The notes under the pieces are model-generated. The model was given only the letters and a program-made list of their open reading frames with translations. It ran no database searches and was not told where the DNA came from. A program made the position numbers and the translations under genes. This document shows, in pieces, positions 8,512 through 16,395 of a DNA stretch of 24,232 bases. The stretch's first letter is position 1, and the number at the start of each line of letters is the position of its first letter. The DNA lies in assembly GCA_964419805.1 (NCBI GenBank), contig CAYQQA010000002.1:825-25056 (forward strand), given 5' to 3'. Source of the stretch: Candidatus Woesearchaeota archaeon. GTDB lineage: Archaea; Nanobdellota; Nanobdellia; Pacearchaeales; GW2011-AR1.

Positions 8512-9415
8512 ATATGCATGGGTAACATACAGAAATTGGTCTCTTAAAGCATTAGAAGGAGTTCTTAATACGAATGACTGGAAGCCTGGATTATTGATAA
8601 CAACAAATGATTGTGTTTATGATTTTTCGAGGTTTAAAAAAAAAGGGGTGCCTGTTTTGAGAATCGATCCTAAAAAAGAACTAAAAAAAGGAACTTTAGG
8701 TTATAACGCGCTTATGGATTTATCCCCTCAAGCAATATTTTACAGTGGATGGTCATGGATTGTTCCAGATGAACTTTTAAAACCAATTTCAGGAATATCT
8801 AACTTAGTATTGCATCCGGGAATGCTCCCAAAAGATAGAGGTGGAAGTCCTATTCAAAACCAAATGAGAGCAGGGAGAAAAAGCACATATGCAAATCTAA
8901 TAGAACTTGAAAAAGAAGTTGACGCAGGCCCAATTTATTTTAAAGAAAAAATTTCTCTTGAGGGGCAAGCAGATGATGTATGGGCAAGAATGACTTCAGC
9001 AGCAATCACCACCGCAAAAAAATATCTTAAAGCTTATGCAGAAGGAAATTTATATCCAAAACCTCAAGTTGGAACACCTAAAGTACATAAAAGAATAAAA
9101 TCAAAAGATTCGAAATTAACTCCCAAGATTCCTTCTTTGCAAGCAGAAAGAATAGTAAGGGCACACAATGAAACAGATCCTAATTCATACGTCACACCAG
9201 CACATATAAACTTTCAAAGAGGAAAATTAAACATAGAAAGAGCAAGCCTTTCAAAACCAAAGGGGACAAGAGAAGTTCTATGGAAACCAGATAAAATATG
9301 GTCAGATTTAACTTTGGATGAACTTCTTTTAAGATTAAATAATGGAGATATTGTGATATCTTTCCCAGATAATCAAGAAGGCAAACTATATTTAACAAGA
9401 TCTCATAGAGTATAA
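8501..9415 (+). CDS. Formyltransferase (Fmt/ArnA-N-terminal family), probable sugar N-formyltransferase
   Basis: FYSGWSWIVP, LHPGMLPKDRGGSPIQNQ and EVDAGPIY, plus a C-terminal VRA domain. Overlaps the deacetylase by 11 nt. Confidence 0.8.
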   Translation: MKNKYAWVTYRNWSLKALEGVLNTNDWKPGLLITTNDCVYDFSRFKKKGVPVLRIDPKKELKKGTLGYNALMDLSPQAIFYSGWSWIVPDELLKPISGISNLVLHPGMLPKDRGGSPIQNQMRAGRKSTYANLIELEKEVDAGPIYFKEKISLEGQADDVWARMTSAAITTAKKYLKAYAEGNLYPKPQVGTPKVHKRIKSKDSKLTPKIPSLQAERIVRAHNETDPNSYVTPAHINFQRGKLNIERASLSKPKGTREVLWKPDKIWSDLTLDELLLRLNNGDIVISFPDNQEGKLYLTRSHRV

Positions 9416-9416
9416 G

Positions 9417-10730
9417 ATGGCTAAAGACAAAATATTCATATTCGATATGGATGGAGTTATTGTAGACAGTGTTGGTTCTTTATTATCAATGTATGGGGAT
9501 TTTTTAAAAAGATTTGGAAAACAACACCAAGAGCATGAATTAACAAAAATTAATGGTATGAAAATTAGAGAAATAGCCACATTCATGAAACAAAACCATA
9601 ATTTAAAAGAGGATGTGGAATTTTTAATAAAAGAATATGATGAAGAAATGAAACGAATATACACAAAAGTTTTGCCTATGAAAGGAATAAAACAAGCCAT
9701 AGAGTTATTAGCTAAAAATTATCTTTTATGTGTGGCTAGTTCTTCAAAAAAAGAAAATATAGAATTCATGTTAAATAAGTTTGGATTAAAACAATATTTT
9801 GAATATATTGTTTCTGGAGATGATATAACCAATGCAAAGCCTTCCCCCGAAATCTATAAAAAAATCATAAAGAAGTATGGTGAGAAAGAATATTATGTTA
9901 TTGAGGACTCTTCTAATGGGTTAACTGCTGCAAAATTAGCAGGAGCAAAAACAATTTTCTACAATCCAAAAGGAAAGAAATTAGATCAAAAGGTTGATTT
10001 TAATTTAGCAAGCTTGGAGGAAATAAAAAAACTTTTGATAGAAATTAATGTGGGAATAAAAGTTTTAGATAAGATTGATAATATAGAATTCGTTCAAAAA
10101 GATTTTAATTTATATACTGATAATGAAAAACAAGAAAAAATACATAAAATATGGCAAGAACAATCAAAATTAAAACCAACACTATTCAACGGAAAAATTT
10201 CTTCTTACATTTCACATAAAAGCGAAAGTGGAAAAATAATAGTAAATTATTTTGTTACAGATTATAAAACTTATTTAGCTAAACTTTTGGGAAACATTGA
10301 TTTGGAAATCTATCCTTTGGCAGTCAATGGAATAACAATAGTTGATGAAAACAGATTTATTGTAGCTAAAAGAAGAGGAGTTAGCGAGTATGAGGGTTAT
10401 TGGGAATTTGTTCCTTCTGGAGGAATTACTTTCGAAAATATAAAAAAAGAATTCCCTCACAAACAACAAATAAATGAAGAGTTATATGAAGAACTAGGAG
10501 AAAAAGTAAACCTCGATAAAATTAAGCTTTTTTATTTATTTTTTGATAAATGCCATAGATTATATAGTGTTGGTTGCCAGATTAATGTCGATTCAAATTT
10601 TAACTTAGAAAATTTCAAAAAAGGAGAATACTCGGAGTATAAAGTCTTTGATAAAAATGAAGTAAGAGATTTCATAAACAACAATAATTTTGTTCCAATC
10701 TCTAAGGCAATTTTTGAGCTTTTAGAATAA
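9417..10730 (+). CDS. HAD-superfamily phosphatase fused to a Nudix-like domain
   Basis: HAD motifs FDMDGVIVDS, ASSS, AKPSPEIY and IEDSSNG in the first ~210 aa. The C-terminal part has LFNG, AKRR..SEYEGYWEFVPSGG and a degenerate Nudix box (INEELYEELG). Confidence 0.8.
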   Translation: MAKDKIFIFDMDGVIVDSVGSLLSMYGDFLKRFGKQHQEHELTKINGMKIREIATFMKQNHNLKEDVEFLIKEYDEEMKRIYTKVLPMKGIKQAIELLAKNYLLCVASSSKKENIEFMLNKFGLKQYFEYIVSGDDITNAKPSPEIYKKIIKKYGEKEYYVIEDSSNGLTAAKLAGAKTIFYNPKGKKLDQKVDFNLASLEEIKKLLIEINVGIKVLDKIDNIEFVQKDFNLYTDNEKQEKIHKIWQEQSKLKPTLFNGKISSYISHKSESGKIIVNYFVTDYKTYLAKLLGNIDLEIYPLAVNGITIVDENRFIVAKRRGVSEYEGYWEFVPSGGITFENIKKEFPHKQQINEELYEELGEKVNLDKIKLFYLFFDKCHRLYSVGCQINVDSNFNLENFKKGEYSEYKVFDKNEVRDFINNNNFVPISKAIFELLE

Positions 10731-10745
10731 TAAAATACAATTAAT

Positions 10746-10753
10746 TTTATAAA
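10746..10753 (+). promoter_or_regulatory. Putative archaeal TATA box (TTTATAAA) for neuA
   Basis: Ends 21 nt before ATG 10775, in a 44 nt intergenic gap. Confidence 0.62.
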
Positions 10754-10774
10754 TTAAACAATTTATAGACAATC

Positions 10775-11497
10775 ATGCAAAAAAAAGAAAACATTGTCGC
10801 AATAATTCCTGCGAGAGGAGGGAGCAAAGGCATTCCTAGAAAAAACCTTAAGCTCTTAGAGGGGAAGCCTTTAATTGCACACATTATAGAATCTGCTTTA
10901 AAAGTAGAAAAAATAAACAGAGTTATTGTTTCTACGGATGACCAAGAAATTGCTCAAGTAGCCAAACAACATGGGGCAGAAGTTCCATTTATAAGGCCAA
11001 CAGAACTTTCAGGAGATAAGGTTTTAACAGCCCCAGTTTTACAACACACGGTTGATTGGCTAAAAGAAAAAGAAAATTACAATACTGACATAGTTATTTT
11101 ATTATATGCTACTTCTCCTTTACTTCAATCAAACAAAATCAGCGAAGCAATAGATAAAATACAAGGAAAACCAGAGATTGATTCAGTAGTAAGCTTAGTA
11201 ATGGATGATAAATATCATTGGAAAGAAGACAGTGGAAAATTAATAAGGTTTTATCCCCATAAAATAATGAGAAGGCAAGATATGAAGCCCCTATTGCGTG
11301 AAAACGGAGCTTTGTATATAATTAGACAAAAGCTTCTAAAACAGACGGGAGATTATATGGGCGGAAATATAGCGTATGTGATTATGAATGATAAGGAATC
11401 TTGGGATATTGATACTGAAGATGATCTAAGAATCATAGAGGGATTAAAAAAATTTCCGCTAATTTCCTCCGATGAATTAGGTAATCAAAACATATAA
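10775..11497 (+). CDS. neuA: CMP-N-acylneuraminate (nonulosonate) synthetase
   Basis: AIIPARGGSKGIPRKNL, VSTDDQEI, VPFIRPTELSGD, TSPL, RRQD, ENGALY and DIDTEDD. Confidence 0.92.
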   Translation: MQKKENIVAIIPARGGSKGIPRKNLKLLEGKPLIAHIIESALKVEKINRVIVSTDDQEIAQVAKQHGAEVPFIRPTELSGDKVLTAPVLQHTVDWLKEKENYNTDIVILLYATSPLLQSNKISEAIDKIQGKPEIDSVVSLVMDDKYHWKEDSGKLIRFYPHKIMRRQDMKPLLRENGALYIIRQKLLKQTGDYMGGNIAYVIMNDKESWDIDTEDDLRIIEGLKKFPLISSDELGNQNI

Positions 11498-11500
11498 AAA

Positions 11501-11508
11501 TTTAAATA
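11501..11508 (+). promoter_or_regulatory. Putative archaeal TATA box (TTTAAATA) for the UDP-sugar dehydrogenase
   Basis: Ends 21 nt before ATG 11530 and is preceded by an A-run. Confidence 0.62.
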
Positions 11509-11529
11509 CTAATTTTTTATTTGATAATT

Positions 11530-12387
11530 ATGAATATAGGAATAATCGGCATGGGCGTTGTGGGAAAAGCTACTGCACATGTATTAAAAAAAGTTCATTC
11601 AATACTTCCTTATGATAAGTACAATGCCCCCTATGACAATGAATCTTCTCTTGATGAAATTGCAAAGGAATCAGATGCAACATTTTTGTGTGTTCCCACA
11701 CCCATGAAATCTTCTGGTGCAATAGATTACTCTGCAATTCATAATAGTTTAGATTATTTTTCACAAAGGACTTCTTTTTGTTGTAGGAAGTTAGAAAATC
11801 ATTTAATTGTTGTTCGATCTACTGCTACGAGCGGTACTACGGATAATCTTTCTGAAAGATACAATTTCCGGTTTGCATTTAATCCAGAATTTTTAACAGA
11901 GAGGAATTCATTTGAAGATGCCGAGAATACTGATAGGGTTGTGATTGGGTCTAATAACGAACAGGATTATAATTTAGTAGAGTCTATATATAGGCCAGTC
12001 TTTCCTAATGCAAAATATATAAATGTAAACAGAAAAACTGCTGAAATGATTAAATATGCTTCGAACGTGACTCTAGCTGGCCAAATAGCTTTAGCAAATG
12101 AGTTATTTCAAATTTGTAAGGTTATGGGGGTTAGTTGGGAAACAGTAAGGAAAGCAATCATTCTTGATAAAAGGATAGGGGCCTATACGGAGGTTCCGGG
12201 GCATGATGGAGACTTGGGGTTTGGAGGGAAATGCTTCCCAAAAGATTTGAATGCTTTAATTTACCTTGCAAGAGATCACATGTACCGACCATATTTATTA
12301 GAAGAAATTTGGAGACTAAATGAAAAGGTAAGAAAAGATAAAGATTGGTTAGAAATAGAAGGAGTAACAAATATAAAAAATGATTAA
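11530..12387 (+). CDS. UDP-glucose/GDP-mannose dehydrogenase family protein, short form lacking the C-terminal domain
   Basis: IGMGVVG, FLCVPTP, RST, FNPEFLTE, AEMIKYASN and GFGGKCFPKD (catalytic Cys). The ORF track start at 11521 is TTG; ATG 11530 was used. Confidence 0.87.
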   Translation: MNIGIIGMGVVGKATAHVLKKVHSILPYDKYNAPYDNESSLDEIAKESDATFLCVPTPMKSSGAIDYSAIHNSLDYFSQRTSFCCRKLENHLIVVRSTATSGTTDNLSERYNFRFAFNPEFLTERNSFEDAENTDRVVIGSNNEQDYNLVESIYRPVFPNAKYINVNRKTAEMIKYASNVTLAGQIALANELFQICKVMGVSWETVRKAIILDKRIGAYTEVPGHDGDLGFGGKCFPKDLNALIYLARDHMYRPYLLEEIWRLNEKVRKDKDWLEIEGVTNIKND

Positions 12388-13424
12388 ATTTCCTTTAAAG
12401 GATTTATTCTGAATGGAGAATCTGGAAAATCATCTTGTAATTTTTTCCAACTTTCATGGAGATTTTCTTCTAACTCAACACATTCCCAAATAATTGGTTC
12501 CATCGGTCCTTTTTTCTTTGCCCATTCAGCTGTTTTTTTTAGCCCATCTTGCAAATTTGTTTTGTCGGCGAATCCTAGAATCTTTTCTGATTTTTCAGTC
12601 GTGCAATGAGCATGTTTTACTTCATGTCTTTCCTCGACGTGAACGGGTTTTAGATCTGACCCCATGACATTCAGTACTTCTTCTGCAAGTTGGTTAAGAG
12701 TGTATGGTTTCGCAGCACCGATATTTATAATTTGGTTTAAAGGATCCTTCTTGAAAGGAGCTTCAGCAATGCACGGGACAATATCCGAGATGTATGAAAA
12801 TGCTCTTGTTTGCTCGCCGTCCCCAAAAATTAAGGGAGGAAGTCCTTTCATAATTCGGTTCATGAATATTGTTATAACATTTCTGTAAGGATCCCCTAAA
12901 AATTGTCTTTCTCCATAAATGTTGTGTGGCCTGAAAACAATATAATCTAAACCAAATTTTTCTTTAGCACATTTTAAATCCATTTCAACTGCAAATTTTG
13001 CCACCCCATATGGATCAGTAGGTGAAGGAATATCTTCTTCACTAAATGGGGGTTTTCCCTCCCCATAAACTGCCATGGATGAAGTAAAAACAAAACATTT
13101 TACTTTATTTTTGATAGAAGCATTAATTAAATTTAATGAACCGACTAAGTTGTTCATGTAATTAAAAACGCGAATATTATGAGATAACCCTTCTGCAGCG
13201 TATGCTGCAATGTGGTAAACAATATCAGTTCCCCTCATTATTTTATTAACAAGTTTTTGATTTGTAATAGACCCCTTGATAAAAACTGCTTTAGGATTAA
13301 CATTTTCAATTAACCCTCCAGACAAATCATCCAAAACATATACCTGGTGACCTTTCTTAACCAAATAATCAACCAAGTGGCTTCCAATAAATCCTGCCCC
13401 TCCAGTAACAAGCACCTCTGCCAT
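12384..13424 (-). CDS. NAD-dependent nucleotide-sugar epimerase/dehydratase (GalE-like extended SDR)
   Basis: VTGGAGFIGSH, DDLSGG, FTSSMAVYG, YGVAK (YxxxK), RPHNIYG, GDGEQTRAFSYISD. Confidence 0.9.
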   Translation of the reverse strand: MAEVLVTGGAGFIGSHLVDYLVKKGHQVYVLDDLSGGLIENVNPKAVFIKGSITNQKLVNKIMRGTDIVYHIAAYAAEGLSHNIRVFNYMNNLVGSLNLINASIKNKVKCFVFTSSMAVYGEGKPPFSEEDIPSPTDPYGVAKFAVEMDLKCAKEKFGLDYIVFRPHNIYGERQFLGDPYRNVITIFMNRIMKGLPPLIFGDGEQTRAFSYISDIVPCIAEAPFKKDPLNQIINIGAAKPYTLNQLAEEVLNVMGSDLKPVHVEERHEVKHAHCTTEKSEKILGFADKTNLQDGLKKTAEWAKKKGPMEPIIWECVELEENLHESWKKLQDDFPDSPFRINPLKEI

Positions 13425-13476
13425 ACTACTATTTTTTTTATGTGTTTATATTTATTGTGGTGGTAAAATACTTATT

Positions 13477-14403
13477 TTAATTAAATTTTGGAACCAATTT
13501 ATAGTCTGTTTTGTCAGTAATTCCATGCCAAACCCCTTTAAAGTAAGGAAAAATAAGTTCTGGCTGCTTTCTTTTAATAAATTTTAGAGTTCTTATCAAT
13601 CCAAATATTGTGGCCTGTAAAAAAGACACTTTCCAGTAAAATAACTTCCCCTTATTTCTTTTGATTACCCAAATCCAATTTCTACAATCTAAATAAGTGG
13701 TTTTTTTCCCTGCTGTAGAAAGGGCTGCAGATACCTTGTGCCAAATAATTGATTCTGGAACATAAAGACATTTGTATCCTTTTTGAGTCAGTCTAAAACA
13801 AAACCCAGTTAATTCGCACATTACAAAAAAATCCGAATCAAACAAACCCTCTTTTTTTAAAACATCACTTCTTATCATCTGTACACAATCCAAGGCATCC
13901 ACATATTTATCTCCCTCTGTTTGCCCTTTATCAATCTCTTTTTGATTTCTAGGAATAAATCCTCTAACATTAAAATCACATCCTGCTCCCCAAATCATAT
14001 TTTTCGGCTCCATGTAATATATTTTGGGTCCGGAAACAGCCACTTCAGGATGTCTTTCCATTCTATCAACAAGAATATTCAAAAAATCAGGGTCCACAAC
14101 CATGTCATTGTTCATTGTCAAAATATACTTGCTACCCCTTTTTAATCCTTCTCTAAATCCCATATTTGTTCCTTCAGCCAACCCAAAGTTTTTTTTGTTT
14201 TCAATCAATGTAGCATAATTTGAATATTTTTTTTTAAATTCTTTTTGAGTTCCATCAAAAGAATCATTGTCAACAACAATAATGTCATAATTTTTATAAT
14301 TTATTTTTTTCAAGGATTCTAATAAATCAAACGTATATTTTTTTCCATTCCAATTAACAAAAACTATCGAGACTCTTGGCCGATGTTTTGGGTTTTTATT
14401 CAT
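13477..14403 (-). CDS. GT2 family glycosyltransferase (WbbL/rhamnosyltransferase-like)
   Basis: VSIVFVNWNG, VVDNDSFDGT, NFGLAEGTN.G, MNNDMVV (DxD-like) and IWHKVS. Confidence 0.88.
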   Translation of the reverse strand: MNKNPKHRPRVSIVFVNWNGKKYTFDLLESLKKINYKNYDIIVVDNDSFDGTQKEFKKKYSNYATLIENKKNFGLAEGTNMGFREGLKRGSKYILTMNNDMVVDPDFLNILVDRMERHPEVAVSGPKIYYMEPKNMIWGAGCDFNVRGFIPRNQKEIDKGQTEGDKYVDALDCVQMIRSDVLKKEGLFDSDFFVMCELTGFCFRLTQKGYKCLYVPESIIWHKVSAALSTAGKKTTYLDCRNWIWVIKRNKGKLFYWKVSFLQATIFGLIRTLKFIKRKQPELIFPYFKGVWHGITDKTDYKLVPKFN

Positions 14404-14404
14404 T

Positions 14405-15187
14405 TCAATAATCCATAACTCTTTTATTAAGAATTTTTTTATTTTTTACATATTTAAATATCTCTTCAAGGATTCTTAATTTGAATCTGGCCTCAAATAA
14501 TCCATGTATATAAAACGAACATATCTTGTTTCCATTAATTTTCTTTTTAATTTCATTTATTATTTCATCATCTTTTTTTCTTTTTTCTACTAAAAATTCA
14601 ATTATAGGCATTTTGTTTTTCCCAAGTATGGTCATTGGAATATTTTTTATTTTTCCATATTTCTCTACTTTTTTGTCTTGAAAATCACTTATAAAGGTTA
14701 TTCCCTCGTTTTCTAACAATTTTAGAACTTTTTCATTAATGTTAAAACCAGGGGAAGCAAAACTTATAGGACTTTTTCCAAATAAAGATTTATATTTTAT
14801 CTTGCAAAGTTTTATTCTATTTGGAACATCTATTTTGTTTAACCCTCTGGTCCATTCCCGATGTTTCCACCCATGTAGCCCTAATTCATGGCCTTCATCT
14901 AAAATTCTCTTTAAAATAGAAATATTTTTTTTTGCAAAATCTCTTGGTAATAAAGCCATTCTTAATTTTTCTTTTGTTCTCCAAAGTTTTATTTTCCTTT
15001 CTCCAGAACTTTTCATTCCTCCTCTGTGTTTGATAAGCTCTAAAAAATTAGACTCTCCCCCTATCACCAAATAAAATGAAGCTTTCAAATCGTATTTTTT
15101 TAGCAAATTCAGCAATTTTGGAAGACCTTCTTTTATTCCTTTGTCTGATTCTAAATCAACCCTTAATGTAAATATTTTATTTTTCAT
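14405..15187 (-). CDS. NodB-fold polysaccharide deacetylase, ArnD-like deformylase/deacylase
   Basis: LRVDLESDKGIKEGLPKLL.LL...KASF, HELGLHGWKHREW, ASPGF, IPMT and YIHGLFE follow the ArnD motif order as recalled (LRxDxD..G.REG.P.LL, HEVGLHAWDH, IPVT, YTIHAE). Confidence 0.75.
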   Translation of the reverse strand: MKNKIFTLRVDLESDKGIKEGLPKLLNLLKKYDLKASFYLVIGGESNFLELIKHRGGMKSSGERKIKLWRTKEKLRMALLPRDFAKKNISILKRILDEGHELGLHGWKHREWTRGLNKIDVPNRIKLCKIKYKSLFGKSPISFASPGFNINEKVLKLLENEGITFISDFQDKKVEKYGKIKNIPMTILGKNKMPIIEFLVEKRKKDDEIINEIKKKINGNKICSFYIHGLFEARFKLRILEEIFKYVKNKKILNKRVMDY

Positions 15188-16394
15188 TGTAAAATTTATT
15201 GTATGTTTTTAACAACCTATTAAAATCATCTCTCCAATCAAATTTCATATTGTGGCTTTCTTTTCCCATTTTTTTCATTAAACTTTTATCATTTAAAATT
15301 TTTATTATTGCTTTTGAAATTTCTTTTGGATTATGGGGCACTATGAATCCATTTTTTTTATCTTTCACATATCTTTTCATTATTTCTAAATCTGTAGTAA
15401 CAATGGGCAGCCCTGCTGCCAAGTATTCATACAATTTGTCAGGGTCGGCCGTTTTTGTCAATAACGTTGGTTGATGGCAAATAATTCCAAGATCTGATGA
15501 ACAAACAAATTGGGCATATTTTTTTTCATCCATCCATTCTTCTATAAATTTAATATTTTTTTGCAAACCATAATTTTTTATTTTCTGTAAAAGATTTTGA
15601 TAGTACTCTTTTTCTTTAATTTCCTCTGCTATCTTTATTATGCATAAAATATTTGGAATTTTTTTAACCACCATTGCTATAGCTTCAATTAACAAATCAA
15701 TCCCAAAATAAGGAACAATGCAACCTGTGAATAAAACAACTTTTTTGCCTTGCCACCCAAATTTCTTTTTGTTTTTTATTTTTGGATTAAAATAAGATTC
15801 ATTAGCAGTGGCCGCAGAATTACTAACTATCGTAAATATATCTTCTTTTAGATTATGCTTTTTCATTATAAGTTTTTTTTGAGGATTGCTAACAACAACA
15901 ACATGATCTATATTTCTTAACGAGATTTTTTCAAAAGTATGGAAAACTTTAATTTTTATTTTAGAAATCCAACTTATCTCATCCCCTTCTTTTAAAGTAG
16001 ATTCTCCGCTCCAAGGATCATGATAATCTAGGATTATTTTGGCTTTAACTCCTAAAAGTTTAGATATAAATGCGGGAAGTAATGAAGAATGTCTATGGCA
16101 GTGGATTATCGAGATATTTTTTTTGTTATCTATTTTTTTTAATTTTTTTGCCCCGAAAAAACCAAAAAAAATTAAATCAAAAAAAGATATTTTGTTTACA
16201 GGTTCTTCCGACAAAAATCCTTTTTTCTCGACAACAATTGTTTTAAATTTTTCTGAATAGTTTTTTTTTCTTTTTTTCTTTTTCAGTAATAACCTATAAA
16301 CTCCAAAACCTTCCTTTGAAAGATCTCTACACATTTGAATAATTCTCGGAGGTTCTTGAAAATCTCTTGCAAAAATCTGGACAATTGTTTTCAT
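15177..16394 (-). CDS. GT4 family glycosyltransferase
   Basis: IHCHRH, LDYHDPW, VLFTG....FGIDLLI and PDKLYEYLAAGLPIVTT. ATG 16394, 1 nt after the upstream stop, is preferred to the ORF-track start at 16415. Confidence 0.88.
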   Translation of the reverse strand: MKTIVQIFARDFQEPPRIIQMCRDLSKEGFGVYRLLLKKKKRKKNYSEKFKTIVVEKKGFLSEEPVNKISFFDLIFFGFFGAKKLKKIDNKKNISIIHCHRHSSLLPAFISKLLGVKAKIILDYHDPWSGESTLKEGDEISWISKIKIKVFHTFEKISLRNIDHVVVVSNPQKKLIMKKHNLKEDIFTIVSNSAATANESYFNPKIKNKKKFGWQGKKVVLFTGCIVPYFGIDLLIEAIAMVVKKIPNILCIIKIAEEIKEKEYYQNLLQKIKNYGLQKNIKFIEEWMDEKKYAQFVCSSDLGIICHQPTLLTKTADPDKLYEYLAAGLPIVTTDLEIMKRYVKDKKNGFIVPHNPKEISKAIIKILNDKSLMKKMGKESHNMKFDWRDDFNRLLKTYNKFYNEK

Positions 16395-16395
16395 C

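Noticed and set aside
8501-9415. Housekeeping methionyl-tRNA formyltransferase (fmt)
   Set aside because: Archaea do not formylate initiator Met, and the gene is embedded in a sugar operon next to a deacetylase.
761-11497. Labelling the cluster as a canonical pseudaminic acid (pseBCHGIF) pathway
   Set aside because: No PseG is recognisable, the aminotransferase and GNAT are in a different module from the dehydratase, and the extra reductase, oxidoreductase and second cytidylyltransferase are unexplained, so the product cannot be named from sequence alone.
13425-13476. TATA box for the epimerase gene, and the short GTGGTGGT/TTATT repeats in this gap
   Set aside because: Only loose AT-rich matches (AATATAAA 20 nt from the ATG), and the repeats are too short to be distinguished from chance.
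16261-16284. T/A homopolymer tracts (T9 at 16261-16269 in the GT4 gene, A9 at 2302-2310, and others) as phase-variation sites
   Set aside because: Runs of 8-9 A/T are frequent throughout this AT-rich window, encode Lys/Phe runs, and all frames are intact. There are no long G/C tracts. Read-level length variation would be needed to support it.
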